From the NCBI GenBank assembly GCA_013265495.1, contig MU057584.1:62001-126000 (forward strand): DNA of 64,000 nt, in the 5' to 3' direction. The notes under the pieces were generated by a model. The model saw only the letters and a list, made by a program, of their open reading frames with translations, was not told the DNA's origin and made no database searches. A program made the position numbers and the translations under genes. Below are positions 36,240 through 49,866 of this stretch, piece by piece (within the stretch, counting starts at the first letter, position 1; every line of letters begins with the position of its first letter). This DNA comes from Vicugna vicugna (taxonomy: Eukaryota).

Positions 36240-39200
36240 GGTGATTGTGTCCTCTAGTTTTATTTCTTCTTTCCAATTTGTACACCTGCTAGTTTTTGCA
36301 CTAACTTGGACCTCCAGTCCAATATTGAATATTAGTAGTGAAATTAGACGTCATTGCCTTGTTCTCAGTTTTAACAGGAAAGCATTCATTCTTTCATTAT
36401 TATGGATGGTGTTAGCAGTGGAATTTTTATAGCTGCCTTTTATCAGTGTGAGAGAGTTTCCTTCTGTTTATACTTTAGAGTGTTAATCATGAATGCGTAT
36501 TAAATTTTGTCACTTTTTCTGTAGCTATTGAAATGGCCATATGGATGATTCTTTTTAGTCTCTTATTAACATGAATTATATTGATATAGTTCAAATGGCA
36601 AACTGACATTGTATTCCCCAAATGATCCCCATTTGGTCATGAATTTACTCTTTGTAAATATTGCTGGATATGATTTCCTGATGTTTTCATATGAATTTCC
36701 ATGTATATCCATGAGGTATATTCGTCTATAGTTTGCTTTTCTTGTCATATCTTTGCCTGGCTTGGGTATCAGAGAAATGCTGGCTTCATAAAATCAGTTG
36801 GAGAGAATTTCTTCCTCTTCAATTCTCCAGAAGATTTTGTACAAAATTAGTACTAATTTAACCCTTTGAATTTACCAATGAAGCAATCTGAGACTTGAGT
36901 TTTTGTTGATTAGTTTTTAATTTTAAGTGGGAAGGAATTTAACTATAGATTCAATTTTTTTTTAATACAGAGCTATTCCATTATTCTGTTTCTTCTTGAG
37001 TTTGCTATGGGTAGTCTGTATATTCCAAGGAATTTTTCCATTTGGTTTTATTGGTACAAAGGTATGCATAATATTCTGTTAATAGCCTTAATTTCTGTAG
37101 TGATGTCCACTCTCTTTCCTGATAATAGTAATTTTTTTGTCTTTTTATTCATAATTAGACTGGCTAGAGATTTGATTTTATTGATCTTGTCAAAGAAGCG
37201 AATTTTTGTTTCACTGATTCCTGCTTTGTTATTTCCTTCCTTTTGCTTACTTAGGGTTTAGTCTTTGGACGTGAAAGCTTAGGTCATTAGCATCTATGTT
37301 CTGTTCCAATGTAAACATCTATTGTTATGAATTCTTCCTAAGCACCAATGTAGTTGCATAAATTACTTTTGATGTAGCGTGCTTTAATTTACCCTTGTGA
37401 TTTCTTTTTTGTCCCATCTCTTATGACTTCAACTCTCTTGAAAGTTGCAGTGTATCTGAAAGGAATTTCTATTCTGCTGCTGGTGGGCTGATTGATCTAC
37501 AAATGCCAATTACATCAGGTTGATGAGTAATATCGTTCATGTCTTCTGTGTTATTACAAATTGTCTTTCTACTTGCTCTGTCATTTACAGAGAAAAGAAA
37601 TGTGGAAGAGACATTCTAGTAGGTGTGTACTGGAGTCTAGTTGTGGTTTAACTTTTAACTTCCTTAATTGCTAATGATGTTGTATATATTTTTATGTGCT
37701 TATTTGGCATCATTATAGCTGTTTTGGTGAAGTGTATGTTGATGTCTTTTGCCAGCTTCCAGCTGGGTTGTTCGTTACTGTTGAATTTTATAGTTCTTAT
37801 TATTGTTTTGAAAGTTTTTTTATATATTACGGAGAGATTTTCTGAATATGTGATTTGCAAATATTTTCCTCCAGTCTATAGCTCATCTTTTTCATTCCTT
37901 TGAAATTGTCTTTTACGTTTTAAAATTTATTGATAAGGTCCAATTTATTAATGTGTTTTTATACGGGTTGTGCTTTTGGTGTCAAATCTAAGAACTCTTT
38001 GCTTAACCTCAGGTCCCAGATATTTTATTTTTTATTTTAAAAATTTATAGTTTTACATTTTATAGTCAGATCCATAAATAATTGCTAATTTCAGTATAAG
38101 GTGTATGTTTGGTTAAGGCTTATTTTGTTTTGCACATAGACGGTCAGTTCAACCATTTGTTGAAAGCATGTTCTTCATCCACTGAATTGTTTTTGCGTTC
38201 TTTGTCAAAGTCAATCTGCCATATTTATATGCATACATTTCTGAATTTTCTATTATGTTTCATCATTCTATGTGTCTGGGCCTTCATTATAGCCACATTC
38301 TTGATTACTGTAGCTTTAGAGTATCTCTCAACATCAAGTAGTATGATTCTACTAATTTATTCTTTTAAAATAAAATTTTGATCTATTTAAGTTTTTTTGC
38401 TTTTTCTAAATTTTAGAATGAGCTGGTCTATACCTACAGAAATGCTGCTAGAACTTTGATTAATACTAGTATTACATTAAATCTGTAAATCAGTTCAGGG
38501 ATAATTGACGTACTGATTGTGTTTTGAGTATTCTAATTCATGAACACTGTATATCTTGTCAATTATTTAGGTGTTTGATTTCTTTCTGTACTTTGTACTG
38601 CATGGCAGACAAATTCTACATATGTTGTTAGATTTATACCTAAGCACCTCATTCTTTGGAGAGATTGGCATTGTGTTTTAAATTTTGTTCATTGCTAGGG
38701 CATAGAAAAATTAAAAATTGCTAGGATACAGAAATATGATTTTATGTGTGTGTGTGCTGACCTTGATAAAATACTTATAAATTCTAGGTCTCTGTAGAAT
38801 CTTTAGAATTTTCTGGGTATGTAATTATTTCTTCCTTTCCAGTCTATATACCTTTTATTTCTTTTTCTTGCCTTGGTGCACTGGCAAGCACTTCCAATAC
38901 AGTTTTGAATAGAAGTGGTGGGAATGGATATCCTTGCTTTTGTTCCCAGTCATAAGGGGAAATAATTCAGTCTTTACTAATGAGGATGATGTGACCTGAT
39001 GGTTTTGGTAGGTGCCTTTTATCAAGTTGAGGAAGTTCTCTTCTTTTCCTACTTTTCTAGGAGTTTTTTTTTAAATCATTACTGGATGCTTTATTTTGTC
39101 AAGTGCTTTTCCTGTATCAGCCAACATGATAAAGTGTTTTTTCTTTCTGAGACCAATACTGGAAAACATTTTCTGAAGAGGACCACATGATGGCCATTCT

Positions 39201-39570
39201 GACAAGTGTGATGTGGTGTCTTATTGTGATTTAGATTTGCATTTCCCTGATATTGGTGATGTTGAGCAGCTTTTCACGTTCCTGTTGGCCATCTGCATTT
39301 CCTCTTTTGGAAAAATGTCTGTTCAGTTCTTCTGCCCATATTTTAAATGGGTTGTTTGCTTGCTTGCTTTTTAATTGAAGTACAGTTGATTTAAAATTTT
39401 GTATTTGTTTCTAGTGTACAGCATGGATGGACTTGGAGGGCATTATGCTAAGTAAAATAAGTCAGAGAAAAGACAAATACTTTAAGATGTGGAATCTAAA
39501 AAAAATTACAGCAAATAGTGAATATAACAGAAAAGAAACAGACTCACAGATGTAAAGAAGGAATTAGTGC
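36240..39570 (-). mobile_element. Antisense L1 relics
   Basis: T-rich L1 ORF2 antisense text throughout; no intact ORF. Confidence 0.65.
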
Positions 39571-39909
39571 CTCTACCCACTTTCCCAAGCACGTTCTGGG
39601 TATCTACCAATGTCAGTAACTTTGAACTTACCTTTTATCATTTGATTCTGCATAGTATTCCACTGAATGGATAAAGCCATAACTTGTTTTGTCAGATCCA
39701 ACTGGTTAATGCAAAGTGTGCTAAGACCAATAATGCAGTGATGAACATCCTTTTATGTATATCCACAACACGTTTACATGCCATGAGATAAAGCAGTAAA
39801 ATTTAGCTGTAAGGGATTTTCATTTAGTTAGTAATTTTGCTTGTTTTATTGCTTTGGTGAAATTGATAATGGTCACTGTTAAGTAATTTTTCAAAAAAGT
39901 AAAGTAAAA

Positions 39910-40024
39910 GGGGAGGGTATAGCTCAGTGGTAGAGCACATGCTTAGCATCCATGAGGTCCTGGGTTCAATCCACAGTACCTACTCTAAATAATAAGTAAA
40001 CCTAATCACCCCATCCCCCAAAAA
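39910..40024 (+). mobile_element. tRNA-derived SINE (Vic-1-like)
   Basis: ggggagggtatagctcagtggtagagcacatgcttagcatccatgaggtcctgggttcaatcc; flanked by aaaaaagtaaag repeats. Confidence 0.85.
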
Positions 40025-41602
40025 AGTAAAGAAAAATCATCCCAACCCTCTGCCGGCGTAAACCAGGCAGCTTATTCATCAGCATCCTTCCACGTGCTCT
40101 GTGCACATAGCCATGTCTCTAGGGACACACGCCTTTATTACTGGGAGCAGACCAGGAAGGCGTTAACCTAGTTTTCTCACGACAATACTTTTCCTGTCTT
40201 CATACAGCTATATTATATTTCTTACATCTGTATATTATTAGAATATATTTAAATATTTTGCTGGTGCTTTTTTTTGAATTTATATAAACATTTTTGTGTA
40301 CGATCTTTCTTACTTTTGCAATAATCTTCTAAACAAAACCACTAGTGCTAGGATTTGCCAGGTCAGAGTATTCTGATACATCTTGACCAGCTAATGTGGT
40401 TCACTCCTACTGAGGGAAGGTGAACACAGAGTGCTGTGTATGTATGTGGCAGTTAATCTAAATTGCTAATGTTAATGAAATCGCAATCAAAATTCAACAG
40501 GTTTCTTGTCTACTCTACTCCATTTTTTTGTGGGGGGGGACACAATGGAGGTGGAATGTGACAAAATTAATATGCTTAATTTCCGCTAAAGCCCCCGACT
40601 GAGTATGTCTCGATGAAGGGCTGGGGTAGAGAAGGCCTGTGATGTGGCCTGAATGGAAATAGTGGGAGGAAATCAATGGCTAACAATTCGAGTTTACTAG
40701 GAAAATTTCTGTCATTAGTAACTCAGAGTTACAGGCAACCCTAATTAATGAACTAAGGTTTGAAATTGCCAGTCATATAAACTGCAGTGTGTTGTTACCA
40801 GATTAATTTTTAAAAACTAGTGTTTTTCAGTCTATAAAATACAAACTAACACTACTGTTACACCACACACAGTGGATGATACTGGACCTATAACTGAAGC
40901 TGGATGGAGGATGGGAGTCAGTCCCGAGTCTTGTCCACATCTGCTCTGTGGTGGTTGGCAGTATTTATTACGTGATTCTCTGTACTTCAGTTCACGTTTC
41001 CTGAAATTAATCTTATTAAGGCGACTTGAAGGATTCCTTGTCTATTATGAATCTGGGGTAGGGAGTTGATGAGAACTTAAAAATATCTGTGCTAATTAGA
41101 AGGACTTTCTCCACTTGGTTCAGTAATTGCCGGCACCTGTTAGGAGCCAAACACAGTTGTACACGGTAGAGATACAGGGGTGGAACACACTCCTCCCCCC
41201 ACAGAGGTTACGCTGCAGCTGACGTCAGTTTGGCTTGTCCATCGTTACACTTCTGTTACAGTCCTGCCCGTGACCTTCACTTATACGCCTTCTTCTCCTG
41301 GGGAGACCCCAGTGAGTCTTCTTGTGTGGCATCTTGAGAATTGGGACATTCAGAACTCTTAACCACTGACCATATTTATAGAATAGGTTCTCTCTCATCT
41401 GTGAAAGCTGATGTCTGCCAAGAATTCACCTCCCAACTGAATCCTTAAAACACAACGTTTGTTTCATAATAGAATTTATTTCCCATGAAGATTCCCTTAA
41501 GTGTCTGAGTTCTGAAGGAATTTCCCACAGTTACCAGCGTGGATGTCCCAGTGGAGATGCAGAAGGGAACTCTCACTGAAGGCTCTTCCATGCCTCACAT
41601 TT

Positions 41603-43569
41603 CTATAGATTGCCTCCGGTGTGGACCCTCTGATGGTATACAAGATGTGATCTCTGGCTGAAGCCCTTACAACATATACTACAGATGTACGGTCTCTCTC
41701 CAGTGTGGACCCTCTGATGCGTGTGGAAATGCGAGGCCTGGCTGAAGCCCTTGCCGCACTGCTGACATGTATAGGGTTTCTCTCCAGTGTGGACCCTCTG
41801 GTGAGCACTGAGCCCCGCGCTCCAGCTGAATTCCTTCCCACACTCCTCACATTTGAATGGTTTCTCTCCCGTGTGAAGGATCTGATGGACTTGAAGATTT
41901 GACCTCTGGCTGAAGGCCTTACCGCATGTAGCACACTTATATGGTTTCTCTCCGGTGTGGACCCTCTGGTGGGCTTGAAGATGGGAGGCCTGACTGAACC
42001 GCTTCTGACATGCCTCACATTTGAACGGTTTCTCCCCGGTGTGGACACTCTGATGGGCTTGAAGGTTGGAGGCCTGGCTGAAGCCCTTCCCACACTCCTC
42101 ACATTTGTAGGGCTTCTCCCCCGTGTGGACCCTGTGGTGGTTGTGAAGATTCAAGCTCCAGTTGAAGCGCTTCCCACACACCTCACACTTGTATGGTTTC
42201 TCCCCAGTGTGGACCCTCTGGTGGGCTTGGAAATAGGAACTCTGACTGAAGCCTTTCCCACACACGTTGCATCGAAATGGCTTCTCTCCCGTGTGAACCC
42301 TCTGATGGCTCTGGAAACTTGAGGCTGAACTAAAGCCCTTCCCGCACTCCTCACACTTGTAGGGCTTCTCCCCCGTGTGGACACGCTGATGGCTGTGAAG
42401 ATTAAAGCTCAGACTGAAACACTTGCCACACTCCTCGCATCTGTACGGCTTCTCCTCCGTGTGGACTCTCTGGTGGGTGTGGAGATTGGAGCTGCAGCTG
42501 AAGCGTTTGCCGCAGTCTGCACACCTGTATGGCTTCTCTCCCGTGTGGATTCTCTCGTGGGCCTGCAGGTGGGATCTCTGGGTAAAGCCCTTCCCGCAGA
42601 CCTCGCATTTGTACGGCTTCTCCCCGGTGTGGACTCTGCAGTGAATGTTCAGATCGGTGCTTCGACTGAAGCCCTTCCCACAGCTCTCACACCTGTAGGG
42701 CTTCTCCCCCGTGTGGACAGGCAGGTGGGCGTACAGGTGTGATGTCTGGTTGAAGCTCTTCCCGCACTCGTGGCATGAGTAGGGCTTCTCCCCCGTGTGC
42801 ACCCGCTGATGAGTCTGCAGGTTGGAGCTCTGGCTGAAGCCCTTCCCACACTCGTGACACCAGTACCGTTTTGTCCCTGGTTGAATGGGAACAGCGGAGC
42901 CATACCTGGCGTCCTTCTCACGGGTTCCACACGTACGGGACTCCTTGCCTGAGCAGACCTGCTGATGGAGTTCAAGATGGAAGCCGTCACTGAATTCGTT
43001 TCCACGTTTATTATTACACTGGGAGGTTTTCTGTGTGGTCTGAGTCACACTGAGCCGGGCAAGAGGTGATGCCTTCAAGATGTCTTCACCACGCTCTCTG
43101 TTGCCATGACCTTGCTCTCTTTTGTGCACTGTATCATCCTCGTGGTGGTGGGAAATACAACTGAAAATGTCAATGTCACTGCAAGGAGCAAACATAAATA
43201 ATTTGTGTTTCATCAGAGTCTGCTGACAGCTCCGCTGATAATTCTGTGCCTCGTTCAGGTAGAGTTTATGCCAGGAATTCTGAGCTCTCCCAGATGGAAA
43301 GCCTTGATTTTCAGTAACATTGGAATGATCCTCTATAAGACTGATGACACAGCTGTCTTCCACATGAGCCTGAAGGGAGACTCCCACAGAAGGGTTACAT
43401 GGTTTGGGGGACTCAGAACTCTCTTCTTGGATATTTAGCCCAGAGTCTTGACTTTGGGTTAATTTGCTCATGACATGTCTCTTGATTTGCCAGCATGAAA
43501 GCTCTCCTAGAGAGAGGCACCTTACTCCTGTTTCATGAAGAGGTTCCATCTCACTGTGACTCCTGACTC
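41603..43569 (-). CDS. ZNF235: ZNF235 spacer + zinc-finger exon (15 C2H2 fingers)
   Basis: ttttcctttcag|GA GTC AGG AGT CAC AGT GAG ATG is in frame with ORF 41603-43549. Fingers run from [19 protein letters not shown] to [31 protein letters not shown], matching recalled ZNF235. Confidence 0.92.
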
Positions 43570-43879
43570 CTGAAAGGAAAACAAAAATAAGAAATTAAGG
43601 ACAGAGTGACCTCAGCAAGACGGTAGATGAGGCGTTCCAAGCCCTTGCTTCCCTGTGGAAACATTAAAAAAACGACGACAAACAGACATCACTTCATTAC
43701 AGTTCTGAGAAACAGCCCCAGGTCTACAGCAACCAAGACAGCATCAAATCAAGAAAAGCCAGACTTAAAAAGGTATGAGATTTGGGATCAGCCCAGAATG
43801 AGTCTGCTCATATCATTGGCAGATCTCTTAGGAGTGCAGCTGCAGGAAAGCCCAAGGGCCTGGGCCAGAAAGCATCAGC

Positions 43880-45265
43880 TGGAAGCCAGTAGGTATGTGA
43901 AAGCGTAATAGTAAAACATGTGATTTACCTCGAAGAGTGCAGAAAGGGACGAAAATATGAACAAAATCGATGAGAACCTCCCCCAACAAAAGTAAATGCA
44001 AGTACACCTGTTTCAGTAACTGTATTACATGGGTGTGGACGCCCCTAAAATCAAAAGGCAGAGATTGGCAGAGGATGTAAAAAGCAAGATCCAACTACAT
44101 GCCGTCAACAAGGGACGTCTTTTAAATAATTAAAAGAAAAAGGACAGGAAAAGACATCATGCAAAGCCTAAGAAAGCTTGGATGGCCAAACTAAATTACC
44201 AGACAAAAAGACTTCACAAAATAGAGCCTGATTAGCTACAAGGGCATCACATGACACAAGGGTCAACGGAGTGAACAGATGTAACAACTACATAGGTGTC
44301 TGCGTCTCATAAAAGCTCCAAAATATACGTAACAAAGACAGAGGGAACTGAGAAATGGACAAATCTAGGGTCAGACATCTTAAAACATGTCTCTGTTCTT
44401 TGAAAGAACAATTAGACCATTAAAAAAAATCGGTAAAGCCACACGAGGTCTGAACCATGAATCACTTGAACCAGAATGAAACTTACAGATTGACCACTGC
44501 ACCCAACTGCAGCACTCACATTTTCTTTTTCCAAACACACATGCAACATCCTTTGAGATAAACCAGCCCAGACTCAGAGCTAGAAGACAAGTTTCAAAAG
44601 ACTTCAAAAGGCTGGAATAGTAAAGCTCACGGCAGAATTAAATTCAAAACCAGTATCTGAAAAAGCCCTAACTATATGGACATCAGCACACCCACATGTC
44701 AAATAAACCCCACAGGAGATTAGAAAATGTTTTGAATTAATAAAGGAAAATAACATCACAATTTCTGGCATGCAGTTAAACCACACTCAGATTACTTATA
44801 GCTTTAAATGTTAGAAAACAAGAAAAGTCTAAAATCAATGGCCTGAAGTTCCATCTCAAGCCATAAGAGGACATTAAAAAGGAAGGAAATAAGCTGAAAA
44901 GCAATTAAAGAGAAACAAACAAGGTTTAAAAAAAAATCAAGGAAACCAAAAGCTGAGTCTTTGAAAAAGAATTAATAAAAATGATAAACCGCTAGACTAA
45001 TCCGGAAAAAAGAGGAAAGACAAATATTACCAACAAGGCATGAAAGATGGGCAGAGAAAATCTGTAGATATGTACAAAAATGCTTTTAGAAGAGGTGAAT
45101 ATAGGAATGCAGGCTACAAGATGGATGTATAAAAATCGACTGTATTCCTATATAGTAGAAGCAAAAAATTGAAAAATAAAAAACAATTCCACTTATATAG
45201 CATCAAACAATAAAACACTTCTGAAAATTGAAGACATGTAGTTCCTATAAACTACACACGATAAA
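43880..45265 (+). mobile_element. L1 ORF2 relic in ZNF235 intron
   Basis: aaaaggcagagattggcagag..caagatccaactacatgc; atcaaggaaaccaaaagctgagtctttgaaaa. Confidence 0.7.
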
Positions 45266-45464
45266 GCGTGACACTGAGACTTAGAATACACGTTTGGGCT
45301 TCCTCCGTGGTTCCTGGCTCAGCTCCCCATGCCCTCGCGGTTTCCTAAAGGAGGAGAGCAATGGAAGCATCTTCTGTTACACGATCTGGTCATTTGTCCT
45401 CGGTTCCTGAAACGGCATCAGAGCCCTAACGGTGAAATGGGCATTTTGTTCTTCACAATAAGCC

Positions 45465-48400
45465 CGGGACGCTGATTGATTCATGCATCAACAAATAAAC
45501 CCTGTCTTTATTAGATCTTCTGAATTAGATCTTTGTTAGATCTTCAGATTTACTCTGTTGAATTTTATTCTTTAACAGACCGCACGAGGAGATCCCAAAT
45601 CAGAACTTCGAAGGCAGCTGGGGACAAGGAGAAACATGGGCCTGGTGCCTGGAGAACCATTCTGAGTTCACTGTCTTTCTCACCATTTCTGAGGGCCGCT
45701 GGTATGTGGGACAGGTGTTCCAGAAACTGCATGATACGTCCTGGCATAAAACGTTGTCTGTCATCAAAACTGAGGCTCACACTAAAAGGACTGAACCTGA
45801 GTGTCAGGGAAACACCCTCGCTGACTTCCATGCAGAGGCAGCCACACAGAGTTTATAAAGAAGGTGGCCCGTGCAGATGGAGTCCATTCTGCTGTTGCAA
45901 AAGAATGACCCCTCAATGCCAGACTTTTGCCACCGTGATGTCCTTGTAACCTGACAACAGCCTGCTCCTGAATCAGAGAAACAAATGGGTGAACAGCTGT
46001 AAACTTCACAGGCGGGACTCTAAGGAACCCAAGATGGCCACCTGGTTCTTTTGCTGGCAAACCCCATTTTCTGGTTTCTGCATTCTTTCACCCACCAGCG
46101 TACATTTAGGAAGAACTTTTTGCCCCAGAGGCCTCAGATCTCCTCTTTCTGGACCCTCTGAGCACCTGCAGCTGGACTTCATTCAGCTGCCTGGACTCAC
46201 GGCGGGCTGTCAGCATGCACGTGTGTTTTCCAGACGCGTCAGGGCCTTGCCCTGCTGTAAGACCAGTGCCCTCACAGTGGCCAGGAAACCGTTAAAGCAT
46301 GTGTTTCCTGCTTGGGTACTCCTTCCACAGTCTCCACGGATCGACCCACCTCACTAGGCAAATCACACAAGCCTTAATGAAAACATTGCAGACTTCTGGA
46401 GTGACCCCTGCCCTCTCAGCCTCCACCATCAGGCAAGGCCGAGAGAACTTGCGGGCCGACCTGAACTGAGGAGGATGCTCTCATGTTTTCATTTTCCAGG
46501 TTTAAGGAGACCTCTTCTCTTACGTTAGCTATGACTTACAGCAGTTTGATAAAATGTACCTTTCGTGAGCTAAGACGAAACATCTACTTTTTCTCCCTAC
46601 CTGATCCTTCCAGAATGCAGAAAGCCTCCGTGAGTAGTCTTACCTTCATGATAATGTGTTTGTTTGCATACTTTCAGTGTCCTATTTGAGGGAGATGTGC
46701 GTAGACTCAGCTGTGAACAGGCAGCTTCAAGGAACCGCTTGGAAAAATCGACCTGGTACTTTGCTTACAGGGTTCTGGCGAAGCAGTCTTAGAAAAGAAT
46801 TTATACGATCGGTCATGTTCTGGCTGTTATTATAAATAACAAGGTCAAGTTTAATGCAAACAAATGAGTTTTACTGCAATTATCTCTGGTTAAAAAAAGG
46901 GGGGGAGTTAATTGTAGAGGAAAAAAAATTATGTTTGCTCCTTTTTAGAGATTAGGTTCTAGGCCTGTTAACTGCCTTGGAGGTTTTGTTGCATACCTGT
47001 AAACTGGACTGGATCCTGAATTTTTCCACTGTCCCCAAGCATCTGGCTCTCCTCCCCTCCGATTTGGAATCACTGAGCATGTAGGCAGCCACCGAGCCCT
47101 GTTGGAAGGGACCTCACCCAGTGCTCCCGCCCACCCACACCGCTGTACAACCAGAAGGGACTGGACCCTGTGTGTACATCCCACAACTAAAGTGACACCC
47201 CACCTGCCACCAGGTCCTGCGCAGACGCCGAGGCCTGCCCACCGAGTTGGCGGGGGAGAGAAGGAGCTGACATCAAGGTAGATGGCTTCCGTCCAAGATG
47301 CCAGACCAAAACTTTATACTTCACACATGAAACCCTTTTTCCTTTTCTTTCCCTCCCTCTGGCCCTGGCCTGGAGAGGTTACACCCTCATCTGCATCCCC
47401 CAGGCCACTGCTAAGGTGGGTAATGCCTGGAATTTAGAGTAACTTTCATTTCAGGCTGGGAGAAAATCTAACGGACCCTTGGCTTGAGGAGGCACATGCA
47501 ACAATTCTTACAGACGAATCCATCACAGTGCCACCTTTGTGGAAGTAGTTGGTGCTCCGACGGGATTCATCTTTGTCTGTGGTGGTGTTCATTCTCCCGG
47601 GGCCTCTGAATGATGGCTGGTGCCCAGCTGGGCAGTGCCTCTTGGGTTATCTAACCGTGTCCCTAACTGTTCTAGAAAGGACCTGCCATAGGAGGCTTTT
47701 CACGATTCAGGGTTCACATCCTTTGGCCGGGCCCTACTGTCCTGATGACGAACAGATGTAATTGAGACCATGATCAGAAACCTCTCCTTAATGTGGATTC
47801 TCCCCCAGGTCCTTCAGAAAGCATCCAGTCCTTATAACACTTTGAGTATAGCTTAGTGAGACTCATTTCATACTTCTGGGCTTCAGAACTGTAAGACAAT
47901 AAACTTGTGTTGTTTAAAAAAAAAAGGGAAACCTCTTCTTATTTTTAGTTTCTTTTTTTTAGTGAGGGTGGGAGGCGTATAATTAGGTTTGTTTATTTTT
48001 AATGGAGGCACTGGGGATTGAACCCAGGGCCTTGTGCATGCTAGGCACTCACTCTACCACTGAGCTCTACCCTCCCCACCTTCTCCTTAACTCTTGAAGA
48101 AACTGTAGGTTCCCTTGCTAAGACATCAGCTGCCCAGCAGAAACATCTGGACCCTCTGGCCAAGGTGGTTCTTGCTAATAGGATGGCCCTTGACTATCTT
48201 ATGGCTGAAAGAGGAGGTGTCTGTGCGTGGCCAGCACCACCCGCTGGACCTGGGTTAACACTTCTGGCCAAGTTGAAACTCAGTTACATAGGATCACTGA
48301 GGAGGCCACTTGGCTTAAGAAGATGACTCCTTCAATGGGGGGTCTTTCTTTGATTCACTTGGTTTTGATTGGTTTGGGTCCTGCTTTTAGTTATTAAAAT

Positions 48401-49020
48401 CCCTATGGCTTGTGGAATTCTCTCAAAAGCTTTAAATGCACGTTCACAGCTGCTAACAGCCAAGCAAATGATTTCCCTAGACTAGAACAGCATCAGAAAA
48501 GGAACAAAGAGAATGACCGACTGAAGGACTGCAAACCTGGGACCGTGACCCGTGAGCCTCACGGGGAGGAAATAAAAGCATGACCTACAGGTCCCTTTGC
48601 CAAGAACCAGCAAAGCCGCAGGAATCACAGAGCCGCAGCTGAGGGCAGCGCCAATGCCTTACGTTTTGAGAGTCTGATTAAAAGGGAGGAAACGTTAAGA
48701 AATAACCAGCCCCCAATGGGGTCATTTACCCCCATGATGGCAAACCAAGATGGAACTGCGGTTTCAACCTCTCCCAAGAATGTGGCCTTGAAGCAGACAG
48801 TGTGAAACTTCCTGGCCAGTGTTAGTGAGGTACTCTGCATCTGAAGACTCCCTAAAAAGATGGCCTGGCCTGAAAGAATTATTTCTTTTCTTTTACTAAC
48901 AACTTCCTTGCCCCATCCTCCTTCTGCCTGTAGAAACCTTCCCTTTTGTACACCTCCTTGGGGCGCCCTTCCAATTGCTCGGGGGAATGCTGCTCTATTC
49001 AAGAATCGCTTGATAAGGCC
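45465..49020 (+). mobile_element. Decayed, internally deleted class I (gamma-type) ERV, antisense to ZNF235
   Basis: Partial 5' LTR ends tttaaca at 45577. Integrase relic GPSEHLQLDFIQLP..VRALPCCKTSALTVARKPLKHVFPAW at about 46150-46320. Env TM with immunosuppressive domain LANRMALDYLMAERGGVC at 48171-48224. Polypurine tract aaaagggaggaaa at 48680-48692, then 3' LTR from 48693. Confidence 0.8.
47942..48077 (-). mobile_element. tRNA-derived SINE (Vic-1-like) inside ERV env
   Basis: ggaggcactggggattgaacccagggccttgtgcatgctaggcactcactctaccactgagctctaccctcccc. Confidence 0.85.
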
Positions 49021-49825
49021 AAAATATATATATATATATATATATAAAAAAGTAAGGTACCAACATGAATTCTGTAGTTGTGACAAATTTACCATGTAAG
49101 GTGTAAGGTCATGTAAGGTGTTAAAAATGGGCCCTGGGGGAAACCAGGTGAAGAGTGTAAGGGAACTCTTTACACTATGTATGTAACAGTCCTCTAACTC
49201 TGAACTTATAAGTTAGTTTATTTTCAAAAGGGTGAATTTTACTATATGTAAATTGTTTCTCAATAAGGCAGACTGAAAAGCATTTGTGACTAGTGCACAA
49301 ATCTTGGTTTCTAATACCATTCTCCGCTAAAAGGAACCAGAGTCCTTGGACAAATGGCCGAGTCTAAGGCTGGGCAAGAAAAATACCAGATGAAGTGGAG
49401 CGTCTGGTAGAGTCAGAAGGGAAGGAAATGCTCCCAAAACTTAAGGGTGGGGCCGGGGCAACGGGAGAGAGGAGCCAATTGTTAAGAGCTCCCAACCGTC
49501 AAAGCAGGAAGACTTTGACAGCGAAATAAACAAGGCCACGTTGGACTGAACCCAAAGTAAAGATAAATATACATGAGTCTACGCTGATCACAGAATAGGC
49601 ATTAGGTGAGTTCTCGGGGGCAGATACTCAAGTACCTGTGGGTGACATGGCAAACTCCAGCAAGAACAAAAGTGAGAGGGCTGACAACACAGGAATGGCA
49701 GGGAGGTGAGGACGGTTGAGATGAAACCAATGTGTATTGACTACAGTGTACGATTTTCATGACTTGTGTATTTTAATGTTTCCAAAATAAAACCCTTTAA
49801 AGCCATGGAAAGACCAGATCGTCCA

Positions 49826-49828
<3 letters not shown>

Positions 49829-49863
<35 letters not shown>
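49829..49863. repeat. (TG)n microsatellite
   Basis: About 17 TG units. Confidence 0.95.

Positions 49864-49866
<3 letters not shown>

Noticed and set aside
39910..39985. tRNA-like sequence with A and B boxes (about ten copies in the window)
   Set aside because: A-rich tails, TSDs and divergence between copies identify them as SINEs, not tRNA genes.
41705..42742. Antisense ORFs over the zinc-finger arrays (also 1196-2251 and 23205-23402)
   Set aside because: By-product of the 84-bp finger periodicity and codon usage.
45533..46357. 138-aa and 122-aa ORFs as host genes
   Set aside because: They lie within the decayed ERV internal region; the second contains an integrase fragment with deletions.
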